Origin: Thermodesulfobacteriota bacterium
GTDB taxonomy: Bacteria > Desulfobacterota_D > UBA1144
Assembly (NCBI GenBank): GCA_036340075.1
Contig: JAYYZJ010000005.1
Span: 32,001-96,000 of the forward strand
Length of the DNA stretch: 64,000 bases
Direction of reading: 5' to 3'
Positions 41,120 to 50,722 of this stretch are shown one piece after another. Each line of letters opens with the position of its first letter. The first letter of the stretch is position 1. The notes beneath the pieces are model-generated. The model did not search any database. It was not told where the DNA came from and worked only from the letters and a program-made list of their open reading frames with translations. Made by a program: the position numbers and the translations under genes.

Positions 41120-42400
41120 CTATCTCTTGGAAATATCTAAATAGTCCCTTTCTTCATATCCAGTATAAACTTGCCTAGGTCTTGCAATTTTTTGATCTTT
41201 ATCTGATAGAAATTCTACCCATTGTGCAAGCCAACCAGGAGTTCTTCCTATTGTAAACAGAACTGTAAACATCTCAGTCGGAATACCCATGCTCTGATAA
41301 ATTAAACCAGAGTAGAAATCAACATTTGGATAGAGATTTCTTTTAATAAAGTATTCTTCGCTTAATGCAATAGACTCAAGTTTAAGAGCAATATCCAAAA
41401 GAGGATTAGTTCCTGTGATTTCAAAAACATTGTCAGCTGCTTTCTTGATATATTTTGCTCTAGGATCGTATGCTTTGTAAACTCTATGTCCAAATCCCAT
41501 TAATTTTACTTCTTTTTTCTGAACCTTTTCTAAGAAAGTGGGAATGTTCTCTACGGATTCAATTTGATTTAGCATCTCTAAAACAGCTTCGTTCGCACCA
41601 CCATGCAAAGGACCATATAATGCTGAAGTTGCTGCTGAAACTGATGAATATGGATCAGGTTCTGAACTACCTACATTCCTCATTACACTAGCACTACAAT
41701 TCTGTTCATGGTCAGCATGCAATATCAACAAAGTATCCATTGCGCTAACTAAATTTGGATGTAATTTTTTTTCATCACCCTCGAACATCATATTAAGAAA
41801 ATTTTCTGCATAGGATAAAGAATTATCAGGAGGGACAATTTTAAGGCCTTGGGAGTGTCTATAGTAATATGCAGCCAAAATAGGAACTTGTGCAATAAGA
41901 CGACAGATATTTTTATAATTTTCTCTTTCGTCTGTTATATTTTTTGAATCTGGATAAAAAGTCGAAAGTGCTGCTATTAAACTAATCAATACTCCCATAG
42001 GATGAGAGTCCTTAGGAAAACTCTGAATAATTTCGAGAAGTTCATTTGGAATATTATTTTCACTTAGAACATCTTCTGTCCATTTTCGTAATTCCTTCTC
42101 ATTAGGTAGCTCTCCATCAACAAGTAATTTTGCAACTTCTAATTGAGAAGAACTCTCAGCTAGTTGTTCAATTGGATAACCTCTATACCGTAAAATACCA
42201 TTATCGCCATCAATATAAGTGACACTACTCTTACAAGAAGCAGTATTCTCAAAAGATGGGTCGTAGCTCATCATCCCAAATTCATCATCTGTGACTTTAA
42301 TTTGTCTCAAATCTTTGGCTCTTATGGTGCTGTCAGTAATGTCAATCTCATAAGTCTTATCAGTTCTATTGTCAATTAGAGTTAGTGAATCTTTTCCCAA
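41120..42400 (-). CDS. gltA: Citrate synthase
   Basis: LHADHEQN, GPLHGGANE, MGFGHRVY, YPNVDFYSG; TTG start after AAGGAG. Confidence 0.96.
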   Translation of the reverse strand: MGKDSLTLIDNRTDKTYEIDITDSTIRAKDLRQIKVTDDEFGMMSYDPSFENTASCKSSVTYIDGDNGILRYRGYPIEQLAESSSQLEVAKLLVDGELPNEKELRKWTEDVLSENNIPNELLEIIQSFPKDSHPMGVLISLIAALSTFYPDSKNITDERENYKNICRLIAQVPILAAYYYRHSQGLKIVPPDNSLSYAENFLNMMFEGDEKKLHPNLVSAMDTLLILHADHEQNCSASVMRNVGSSEPDPYSSVSAATSALYGPLHGGANEAVLEMLNQIESVENIPTFLEKVQKKEVKLMGFGHRVYKAYDPRAKYIKKAADNVFEITGTNPLLDIALKLESIALSEEYFIKRNLYPNVDFYSGLIYQSMGIPTEMFTVLFTIGRTPGWLAQWVEFLSDKDQKIARPRQVYTGYEERDYLDISKR

Positions 42401-42518
42401 AACAAATCTCCTTAAATCATTTAAATATATTTAGATATCTTGTAATTATTTATTGGGTTAACTTATTATAACAAAAATGTCTTAGAGAAGAAAGTAATTT
42501 CATAGCTGGAATTATTTG

Positions 42519-43775
42519 TTAAACAATATCCTCTATATCATTAAAAGTTAAAAGTTCTGGATTTAAAGAACTATACGATATTTCGATTTTATCCATAATT
42601 TTATAAGTTTTTTTACAAGATATTTTTTTAATAGAATGAAAGAAACCAATTTCATTAAAATAAATAACATATTGGCTTTTTGCATCTGAATAAATATAGC
42701 CAGATAGATTTTTAAGATTATTTGTTTCTATAAATTTAAGAGCCCAGAATTTATGAGTATTTCTAGATTTTCTTCTGTTTAGTTGGATTGAATCTTTAGT
42801 AGTTCTAATAATGCTATTTAATTCGTTTGCTGAGAACATTATCCTAGAGTATTTCAACCACGCATCTAGTTGTCTCATAAGAATTGAATCTGAATATCTT
42901 CTGATAGGAGATGTAAATTGAAGATAAGAATTAACACCTAAGCCAAAATGATATCCGTATTCTGTAGATACCTCAACAGGTGAAACATTTTTATAAAAAA
43001 CAACTTTGGGAGTTGTTGGTAATTCGAGTATTTCCAAATAATCGGATTTTACTTGAGACCTGTAGATAGAAGGTATCGAATTACCAATTGTATATTCAGA
43101 TAATTTTTCGTTAGCAAGTATCATAAGTTCAGAAACTATCCTGAATGAAATAAATTGATCATTGCTTTTAATAAATAGTTTATTATCAACTTCGGATATA
43201 GATAATTGCTCATTAAATGATTTAAAATCAGCATTTAATATTCTTTTTTGTCTGATTCTATTAGTAAACTCATCAAGAAATATGAATTCTTCGCTTAATT
43301 GAATATTTTTGTCAAATTCTTTATATGAATAATTTTTATCTATATTGATAGTGGAATTAAAAACTTCGGTGTCTTCAATTTTATAATCTAAAATTGTGAA
43401 TTTAATTGAAATTGTTTCTCGGAGTTCCCCTTCTTTTAAACTTATGTTCTCTACGATTTTTCTTTCGTATAAATCAAAATTCCATATTGGCGTATAGATT
43501 GTATTGGTTCTGTTTTTGGCCTCTTTGTCATACTCTGAACCATAATCGATATAATTAGAAAAATTGGTTATATGCACATATAGTTCGAAGACTTGTTGAT
43601 TTTTTTTAATTGTAATAGCATCGTCATGGTCATATGTTGACTCATCGTCAATTGTAAAGGCACTTAGAATACCACCTTCATCCTCTTTTGCATCGTAAAT
43701 CGGAATACTAGATTCATCATATGGAAAAACAAAGTTTATATTATTTTTTTTATAAAAAGAGTCAGAATTATACAT
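42519..43775 (-). CDS. RNase II/R family (RNB domain) exoribonuclease, minimal form
   Basis: TIDDESTYDHDDA acidic catalytic motif, SELMILAN, HFGLG, FTSPIRRYSD. Confidence 0.85.
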   Translation of the reverse strand: MYNSDSFYKKNNINFVFPYDESSIPIYDAKEDEGGILSAFTIDDESTYDHDDAITIKKNQQVFELYVHITNFSNYIDYGSEYDKEAKNRTNTIYTPIWNFDLYERKIVENISLKEGELRETISIKFTILDYKIEDTEVFNSTINIDKNYSYKEFDKNIQLSEEFIFLDEFTNRIRQKRILNADFKSFNEQLSISEVDNKLFIKSNDQFISFRIVSELMILANEKLSEYTIGNSIPSIYRSQVKSDYLEILELPTTPKVVFYKNVSPVEVSTEYGYHFGLGVNSYLQFTSPIRRYSDSILMRQLDAWLKYSRIMFSANELNSIIRTTKDSIQLNRRKSRNTHKFWALKFIETNNLKNLSGYIYSDAKSQYVIYFNEIGFFHSIKKISCKKTYKIMDKIEISYSSLNPELLTFNDIEDIV

Positions 43776-45385
43776 TAAGATTTTTTAGATGATGCCTTAA
43801 TAAAATCACGGAATAATGGATGTGAACGAAAAGGTTTAGATTTGAACTCTGGATGGAATTGACAAGCCACAAACCATTTATGTTTTTTTATTTCAATCGT
43901 TTCTACCAAAGTCCCATCAGGAGACAAACCACTTAAAATTAAATTATTATTAATCAATGTAGAATGATATTCGGGATTAACTTCATATCTGTGCCTATGT
44001 CTTTCTGAAATCTTAGTTTTTTTATAGGCTTGAAAGACTTTTGAAGCTTTCTTAATCTCACAGGGATATTGACCCAGTCTCATTGTTGCTCCTTTGGTTT
44101 GTAATTTTTTCTGATCCGGCATTAAATCTATAACATAATTTTTTGATTTCTTATTAGACTCTATAGTTCCAGCATCTTTTATATCGCAAACATTCCTTGC
44201 ATACTCAACAACTGCCATTTGCAAACCCAGACATATTCCAAAAAAAGGAATATTGTTTTCTCTTGCATAATTAATAGCTGAAATTTTTCCTTCAAAACCT
44301 CTATCGCCAAAACCCCCTGGCACTAAAATACCATCGCAGGATGCTAAAAGTTTTTTTGGCGACTCTTTTTCTAAATCCTCAGAATCTATATATTTAATGT
44401 TTAATTTAACATTGTTCTCAATGGATGCATGACATAATGCTTCATGTAGGCTTTTGTATGCATCTTTATGTTCTACATATTTTCCAACGACACCAATTGA
44501 AACTTCATTTTTTAATCTTTTAGTTTTAGCAACTACTCTTTCCCATTTAGAAAAGTCAGGTTCTTTTGTCCACATTTTGAGAGTCTCGAGTATGATATCG
44601 TCTAGACCTTCTTTGTGAAAAATTATTGGAACTTCGTAAATAATGTCGACATCTTTAGCCGTAATTACAGATTCAACATTTAAATTGCAAAAAAGAGCAA
44701 TCTTCTTTTTTATATCATTCGAAAGAAATCTATCAGTTCTACATAATAATATATCGGGTTGAATTCCTATTTGTAGCATGTCTTTAACGCTATGCTGTGT
44801 TGGTTTAGTTTTAAGTTCCCCAGCTGCAGATAAAAAAGGAACATAGGTTAGATGAACAAAAATTGCATTCTCTCTACCTAACTGGGTTCTAATTTGTCTT
44901 ATAGATTCTAAAAAAGGTAAACTTTCTATATCACCAACTGTTCCACCAACTTCCACAATACAAACATCCGGACTGTCTTCTTGTTCTATAGCATAGATTC
45001 TTTTTATTATTTCATCTGTGATATGAGGAATAACCTGAACAGTTTCTCCTAAATAATCTCCCTTTCTTTCACGAGAAATTACTTCATTGTAAACTTTACC
45101 AGTAGTTACATTATTGTGTTTGCTGGCAATTATATTAGTAAATCTTTCATAATGGCCTAAATCTAAATCTGTTTCCGCTCCATCATCAGTAACATAAACC
45201 TCTCCGTGTTGATATGGATTCATTGTTCCTGGGTCAACATTTATGTAAGGGTCAAGTTTCTGAAGAGAAATTTTTATTCCTCGAGCCTCAAGCAAAGCTC
45301 CGATTGCTGCACTAGCGAGTCCCTTGCCAAGGGAGGACATAACGCCTCCAGTTACAAAGATATACTTAGTCAATCTCTTACGCAT
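43775..45385 (-). CDS. pyrG: CTP synthase
   Basis: TGGVMSSLGKG, KTKPTQHS, GICLG, ERHRHRYE, FHPEF. Confidence 0.97.
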   Translation of the reverse strand: MRKRLTKYIFVTGGVMSSLGKGLASAAIGALLEARGIKISLQKLDPYINVDPGTMNPYQHGEVYVTDDGAETDLDLGHYERFTNIIASKHNNVTTGKVYNEVISRERKGDYLGETVQVIPHITDEIIKRIYAIEQEDSPDVCIVEVGGTVGDIESLPFLESIRQIRTQLGRENAIFVHLTYVPFLSAAGELKTKPTQHSVKDMLQIGIQPDILLCRTDRFLSNDIKKKIALFCNLNVESVITAKDVDIIYEVPIIFHKEGLDDIILETLKMWTKEPDFSKWERVVAKTKRLKNEVSIGVVGKYVEHKDAYKSLHEALCHASIENNVKLNIKYIDSEDLEKESPKKLLASCDGILVPGGFGDRGFEGKISAINYARENNIPFFGICLGLQMAVVEYARNVCDIKDAGTIESNKKSKNYVIDLMPDQKKLQTKGATMRLGQYPCEIKKASKVFQAYKKTKISERHRHRYEVNPEYHSTLINNNLILSGLSPDGTLVETIEIKKHKWFVACQFHPEFKSKPFRSHPLFRDFIKASSKKS

Positions 45386-45427
45386 GGACCTAGTCTTATA
45401 ATATTTAAATATTTTACTATTTACAAA

Positions 45428-46012
45428 TTAAATATTTAATTTTGTTAGCAAATCTTTAACAGCTTCAGATCTGTGGCTTAAGAGAATCTTCTTATTTGGT
45501 TCTAATTCTCCAAAAGTCTTGGAAAGCTCTTCATTGTAAAATACGGGATCATATCCAAAACCATTTTTTCCCTTTGGAGACTCGGTTATCAAGCCCTTGC
45601 ATGTTCCATAACCTATAATTGGGCTATCAACATTTGTTGGATTACCATAAGCTATACAACACACAAATCTCGCTGTTCTATCTGTATTTCCTTCCATTTT
45701 CTTTAAAAGCTTGTTTAAATTCTCTTGATCTGAGGAGCCCTTCCCTGCATATCTTGCTGAAAAAACACCTGGTTCATTATTTAATGAAATTACTTCAAGT
45801 CCTGAATCGTCTGCAATAACAGGAATGGAAGATTTTTGAATTAAATATTTAAGTTTAATTATTGCATTTTCTTCGTAAGTAACCCCAGTTTCTTCAACAT
45901 TGAGACTAATCCCGTAAGAATTCAATGATACCGGGTCGAACAAGCCTTTAAGAAGAATTTTATATTCATCAATTTTGCCTTGATTGTTAGTTCCGATAAG
46001 TATTTGTTGCAA
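45428..46012 (-). CDS. rdgB: Non-canonical purine NTP pyrophosphatase (RdgB/HAM1)
   Basis: TNNQGK, ADDSGL, PGVFSARY, GFGYDP, SHR; start moved to TTG 46012 because the longer ORF runs into the tmRNA. Confidence 0.93.
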   Translation of the reverse strand: MQQILIGTNNQGKIDEYKILLKGLFDPVSLNSYGISLNVEETGVTYEENAIIKLKYLIQKSSIPVIADDSGLEVISLNNEPGVFSARYAGKGSSDQENLNKLLKKMEGNTDRTARFVCCIAYGNPTNVDSPIIGYGTCKGLITESPKGKNGFGYDPVFYNEELSKTFGELEPNKKILLSHRSEAVKDLLTKLNI

Positions 46013-46030
46013 AGACTTTTCCTTTTCTTG

Positions 46031-46375
46031 TGGAGGCGCTGGGAATCGAACCCAGGTCCGAGAATGTGCCAAATAGAGCTTCTACATGCTTATTTTAGCA
46101 TTAAATTTAAAAGTACTTCTTGAGCCAAAAAACAAAAAATACTTCGATTCCCTTTAATACTGAAAAAAAATAAAGGGAAAATATTTTTTTTCAGGCTCAT
46201 ATGAATGACATTGTAAAAAACTCTATGAGCAAAGTTGATTACAATGTTGCTGCTCTATTTAGGCAGCAAGTTGATTGATTGGTTCGGCACTTATAGTGCT
46301 TTTGCAATTTTCACGAGTTAGCTCTCGACATGCTACTTCTAAACGCAAAATCCTCGTCGAAACCAAATCGCCCCC
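46031..46375 (-). ncRNA. ssrA: tmRNA; predicted tag (A)AEPINQLAA encoded at 46259-46288
   Basis: 5' GGGGGCG pairs with 3' CGCCTCC-A including a G3:U pair; T-arm CTGGG-TTCGATT-CCCAG; ATAAGT-GCC resume context; pseudoknot pairings (TTCCCTTTA/TAAAGGGAA); directly follows smpB. Confidence 0.95.
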
Positions 46376-46410
46376 AAATAATAAGTAACTTAGAATATTA
46401 CAAAAAGAAG

Positions 46411-46863
46411 CTAAATACTAGTTTTATTTTTAAAAGATCTCTCCAACTCTCTTTTTAAGTCTTTTTTCTTCAAATCTGTTCTTTTATCATAAAGTTTTTT
46501 ACCTTTTCCAAGGCCGATTTCAATCTTTATTAAGCTCTTCCGAGAGTATACCTTGATGGGAATTAGAGCATAACCTTTAATTTGAATCTTCCCTATCAGC
46601 TTTCTGATTTCTGCTTTATTTAATAATAATTTTCTATCTCTTTTCTCTTCATGTCCAAAAAAAGATGAATTAGAAAATTTAGATATATAAGAATTAATAA
46701 TAAATATCTCTCCTCTTCTTGAGACAGCATAGCTCTCTTTAATACTAAGTTTTCCCTGTTTAACAGATTTAACTTCAGAGCCAGATAGCACAATACCTGC
46801 TTCAAAGGTTTCTTCTATATGATAATTTCTTTTAGCATTTGGATTAGTAGAATAAATTGGCAT
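46411..46863 (-). CDS. smpB: SsrA-binding protein
   Basis: EAGIVLSGSEVKS, RKLLL, GKGKKLYDKR. Confidence 0.96.
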   Translation of the reverse strand: MPIYSTNPNAKRNYHIEETFEAGIVLSGSEVKSVKQGKLSIKESYAVSRRGEIFIINSYISKFSNSSFFGHEEKRDRKLLLNKAEIRKLIGKIQIKGYALIPIKVYSRKSLIKIEIGLGKGKKLYDKRTDLKKKDLKRELERSFKNKTSI

Positions 46864-46865
46864 GG

Positions 46866-47840
46866 TTAAAACAGAGTCATGACTCCGAATGCTGCCGTAA
46901 TAGTAGTTAGAGGTGCTAAATCTTCTTGAGTTTCTGTCGCATTTTTTAATTTTCTAACTGAATTTAAAGCATCGTAATACAAACGATCATCATTAATTAG
47001 TTTTCCAAGTGTTCCTTGTCCTGAATTAATTTTTTTAATTAATTCATTAAGATTAGTTGATAATTCATTAACTGCATTATAAAGTTTGTCATCATTGACT
47101 AATTTCCCCAAAGATCCTTCACCAGTAGCTACTTTGTCAGTAAGATAATTTAATTTTACTAATGCTTTTTTTGCTTCAACATAAACAGTGTCGTCATTTA
47201 CCAACATACCTATGGTTCCTTCTCCTTTATCAATTTTTTCAGATATTCTGGAAAAAAACTCTAGAGTTTTATTTAACTCCTCATAAACTTTTGGATCATT
47301 AACTAATTTACCAATAGTTCCTTGAGAAGTAGCTATGCTAGCAGTAATTTCACTTAAATTACCAAGTATTGATTTAATTTTATCGTGATATTCGAATAAC
47401 TGCTTATTGACCATATCAACAGTTGTATCAATCTTGCTAACTAGAGAATTAAAATCTACCGGGGTTTTGGAAGGTATCACTCCTCCATCTCCTAATATTG
47501 GCGAATTAACAGAACCAAAACTTAAGCCAACATAAGTTGAACCTAATAAGCTCGTCATGTTAATTGAAGCTTGAGAGTCTGTTTTTATAATTACATCTTT
47601 GTTAATAGCAATTACAACTTGGACATTCTGGCCTGCTAAGGAAATATTTTTAACGCGTCCAACTTCTACACCAGACAATTTAACTTCACTTCCTACTCTT
47701 AATTCTCCTACTGTTGGAAAAAAGGAAATGTAAGTCTTTTCTTTCTTGTAGAAAGAAACACCTGATACAACTTCGAACAACACCAACAACACAATGATGC
47801 CAACAACAAAAAAAGTTCCTAATTGAGCAGTTTTATTCAT
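46866..47840 (-). CDS. mlaD: MCE (MlaD-family) protein with a long helical repeat C-terminus
   Basis: TM, MCE motifs (LRVGSEVKLSGVEVGRV, SLLGSTYV), four G[TS][IL]GxL[VI]ND repeats; start ATG 47840. Confidence 0.88.
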   Translation of the reverse strand: MNKTAQLGTFFVVGIIVLLVLFEVVSGVSFYKKEKTYISFFPTVGELRVGSEVKLSGVEVGRVKNISLAGQNVQVVIAINKDVIIKTDSQASINMTSLLGSTYVGLSFGSVNSPILGDGGVIPSKTPVDFNSLVSKIDTTVDMVNKQLFEYHDKIKSILGNLSEITASIATSQGTIGKLVNDPKVYEELNKTLEFFSRISEKIDKGEGTIGMLVNDDTVYVEAKKALVKLNYLTDKVATGEGSLGKLVNDDKLYNAVNELSTNLNELIKKINSGQGTLGKLINDDRLYYDALNSVRKLKNATETQEDLAPLTTITAAFGVMTLF

Positions 47841-47859
47841 ACAGCTATTATACACAAAA

Positions 47860-48573
47860 TCAGATTGTTTCTAGAATAGGACTATTTGAGTTTTTTATTG
47901 TATCTATATCACCTGATAACAAGACTTTTCCCTTATCTAAAATTGATATTTTATCAGCTATAGAATATGAGAAAGGTATATCATGAGTTACAACGATTTG
48001 AGTCATATTTCTTTCACTTTTTAATTTATTAATTATTTGAGAAACAGTTTTGGTATTAATGGGATCTAACGCTGAAGTTGGTTCATCATATAGCAATATA
48101 TCAGGCTCAATAATTAATGATCTGGCTATAGCTACTCTTTGCTGCATTCCACCACTTAGCTCAGAAATCATTTTATTTGCTGAATCTTCAATTCCTAGCT
48201 CCGTTAAAATCTTAAGAGCTTTTGAAACCCTTGTTTCCTTATCATGAATATTATGCTCATCTAAATAAATTGTAACATTATCTAAAACAGAGAATGAATT
48301 CAACAAAGCTCCGCCTTGAAAAACGTAAGACATTTTATAATCTTGTGCGGTTTTTTCTGGATTTAAATTTTCTCCATTAACCATTATTGTTCCAGAATCT
48401 GGTTCAATTAAACCTATAAGCATTTTTAATAGAACTGATTTTCCAGTACCTGATTTTCCCAAGATAACATGCACTTCGTTTTTCATAAAACTGGTCGACA
48501 TTGAATCAATAATTATTTTTCCATCGAAGGATTTACTTAAATTGTTCAAGGTTATTGTTGCTTGGGATGTCAT
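47860..48573 (-). CDS. mlaF: MlaF-type ABC ATPase
   Basis: GKSGTGKSVLLK, VFQGGAL, LSGGM, LYDEPT; ATG 48573 overlaps the mlaE stop (ATGA). Confidence 0.9.
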   Translation of the reverse strand: MTSQATITLNNLSKSFDGKIIIDSMSTSFMKNEVHVILGKSGTGKSVLLKMLIGLIEPDSGTIMVNGENLNPEKTAQDYKMSYVFQGGALLNSFSVLDNVTIYLDEHNIHDKETRVSKALKILTELGIEDSANKMISELSGGMQQRVAIARSLIIEPDILLYDEPTSALDPINTKTVSQIINKLKSERNMTQIVVTHDIPFSYSIADKISILDKGKVLLSGDIDTIKNSNSPILETI

Positions 48574-49337
48574 AGCAAACCTACCAATATTAGAAACCTT
48601 GTAATAAAGTAGTCCAACAATAGAACCGAAATGAATGATGCAACAACAGATTTTGTAACAGAATTTCCTATTTCTCTTGGTCCTCCTTTTGCTAACAGAC
48701 CTACAGAACAAGAAATTATAGAAATGGCAATTGCAAAGAATATAGACTTTATAATCCCTGACATTATATCGGAAAGCGTCACAACTTGGCTTAGATCATT
48801 ATAGAATGAAGATAAAGAGACAGAGATAGTCTGGTTCATCGAGGAAACAAAAGATCCGCCCAACCAACCAATTAAATCCATATAAATGACAAGAAAGGGC
48901 AATGCAATCAAGCATGCTAGGAATCTTGGCAAAACTAGAAATCTAACTGGATCGATATTCATTGTTTTTAAAGCAGATATTTCTTCGTAAACAGTCATTG
49001 ATGAAATTTCGGCTGTAATTGAAGAACCAACCCTACCTGCCATTAAGATAGCTGCCATTACGGGAGCTAGTTCGGTACATAAAGATACACCTACTATTCC
49101 TCCTATCCTGTCTTCAATTCCGTATCCTGCTAGTTGAATTCCAGTCTGCAAGGCTAATACAGCACCAATAGATAATGATATTAAAGCTGCAACTGGAAGG
49201 GTTCTGTTTCCCATATCAAACAATTGTGCGAGAAATTTATCTACGGTAGAACCAAAATACTTAATACACTTAATTGTTTTCCAAAGAAGCTTGAGAAATT
49301 CACCTATTCCTGTAATAATTGCCAAAATATTATTCAT
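48570..49337 (-). CDS. mlaE: MlaE-type ABC permease
   Basis: ELAPV, AGRVGSSITAEI, EEISAL...IDP, GGPREIG. Confidence 0.93.
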   Translation of the reverse strand: MNNILAIITGIGEFLKLLWKTIKCIKYFGSTVDKFLAQLFDMGNRTLPVAALISLSIGAVLALQTGIQLAGYGIEDRIGGIVGVSLCTELAPVMAAILMAGRVGSSITAEISSMTVYEEISALKTMNIDPVRFLVLPRFLACLIALPFLVIYMDLIGWLGGSFVSSMNQTISVSLSSFYNDLSQVVTLSDIMSGIIKSIFFAIAISIISCSVGLLAKGGPREIGNSVTKSVVASFISVLLLDYFITRFLILVGLL

Positions 49338-50722
49338 ATATTTATTGGAATATATAATATTCTAATTTTTGATTCATCACCAGTTTCTAGTCCTAAAAAA
49401 CCACCCAGGATATTAAATTTAGTGCCATTATCGTTTGAACTATGAGAAATAATTGGTATTAGAAAGTTAATGCTAAATTCCTTTGATTTATTAGATCTAT
49501 CATTCTTATATTTAATTAAATTAAACATTATTGATGTTCTAAAAACACTTGCATCTTCTTGAATCCTTAGAATTGACCACATTGGGGACCATATCTTCTT
49601 AATTTTCTGATTCTTTGAAAAGAAGCTCTCTATAGGGGAAAATATTCTAAAATCATACCCATCAACATAAGTGTCCTTCGAATAGATAGGCCAAAGCGTT
49701 GAAAATTCTCTAGAAATTTTATTTGTAATCAAATCATAATATGTATCTTGCTTATATAGAAAAAAAAGAAAACTTTGGGTTTTAAAGTATTCAGTTGCTA
49801 AAATTTCATTTTTATATCTATATATAGGCCAGAAGTAGAAACCTTTTTCTACATTAGGTGTTTTAACATAAGAATAAAATGGAAAAAATCTTTGGCTTTT
49901 AATGTTGACTCCTTTTTTATACTGAATTATAGGCCATGGCATATTATATGTTGTTTGTCCTCTTGTCTTATCGGTATAAATATTAAAAAAAGGCCAAAGA
50001 TAAGTCTTAGATTTGTGTAGTGATGAGTTTGAAGAAAGATATATAGGAAAGAATATCTTTTGTTCCAAATTAATCCCTGCTCTTGTATCTTTTTTGTAAG
50101 CATAAAATGGCCACAAAATGAATCTTGATTTTCTTACAACATTCAAATTATTCTCATCCATTTTCGTTTCATAGCCAAATAGTGGCCATACTTTAAAGCC
50201 AGAAACATATTTACCGTCCACTTTCGAGAAGAAAGGCCAAAGAAAATGTCTATTTACAGAATTCTTTTTGACTGTTTTTAGATATAAAGGGAATAGAAAA
50301 TATGAAATTTCTTTTTTGTTATATTTATCTTTTAGATTGCCCCATATGGGAAAAAGTGAAAAGTAATCATTTTCTGGTTTTCCAGACCATGAAACATCGA
50401 GAATTGGGAATATCGAGAATTTTTTTTCTTCCAAATCATCGTAATCGTTAAAATTGCTATAGCGAATTATTGAGAAAAAAGCTTTGAATTGAGTTTGCTG
50501 ATTGTCTTCTTGATACCCAATAAAAGGATAAATGATATCTAAAGATCTAAATTTTAATTCATAATCTGCTTCGTAATAGAAAAGTGGTCTAAAAGCATAT
50601 GTTTTAGATGATTCATCTTTTTTATATTCAATTATCGGTCCCAACATAGTAAATGCATCTTGAGCAAATATATTTATTGGGAGAAGAGCTATTATTAGAA
50701 TAATTGTTAGTAATTTTTTCAT
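49334..50722 (-). CDS. Secreted aromatic-rich repeat protein of unknown function
   Basis: Sec-type signal peptide; about 18 recurrences of a hydrophobic-[WFY]-P-[FLI]-[FYW]-like motif; ATGA overlaps with both alr and mlaE. Confidence 0.85.
   Translation of the reverse strand: MKKLLTIILIIALLPINIFAQDAFTMLGPIIEYKKDESSKTYAFRPLFYYEADYELKFRSLDIIYPFIGYQEDNQQTQFKAFFSIIRYSNFNDYDDLEEKKFSIFPILDVSWSGKPENDYFSLFPIWGNLKDKYNKKEISYFLFPLYLKTVKKNSVNRHFLWPFFSKVDGKYVSGFKVWPLFGYETKMDENNLNVVRKSRFILWPFYAYKKDTRAGINLEQKIFFPIYLSSNSSLHKSKTYLWPFFNIYTDKTRGQTTYNMPWPIIQYKKGVNIKSQRFFPFYSYVKTPNVEKGFYFWPIYRYKNEILATEYFKTQSFLFFLYKQDTYYDLITNKISREFSTLWPIYSKDTYVDGYDFRIFSPIESFFSKNQKIKKIWSPMWSILRIQEDASVFRTSIMFNLIKYKNDRSNKSKEFSINFLIPIISHSSNDNGTKFNILGGFLGLETGDESKIRILYIPINI

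Noticed and set aside
46013..46072. N-terminal extension of rdgB in the ORF track (MAHSRTWVRFPAPP...)
   Set aside because: It is largely the translated 3' T-arm and acceptor stem of the tmRNA; the plausible start is TTG 46012.
46145..46195. Inverted repeats with A/T runs resembling a terminator
   Set aside because: They lie inside the tmRNA and form interleaved pairings consistent with a pseudoknot.
48574..48711. N-terminal extension of mlaF
   Set aside because: It overlaps mlaE in another frame; the ATGA-coupled start at 48573 gives a normal-length MlaF.
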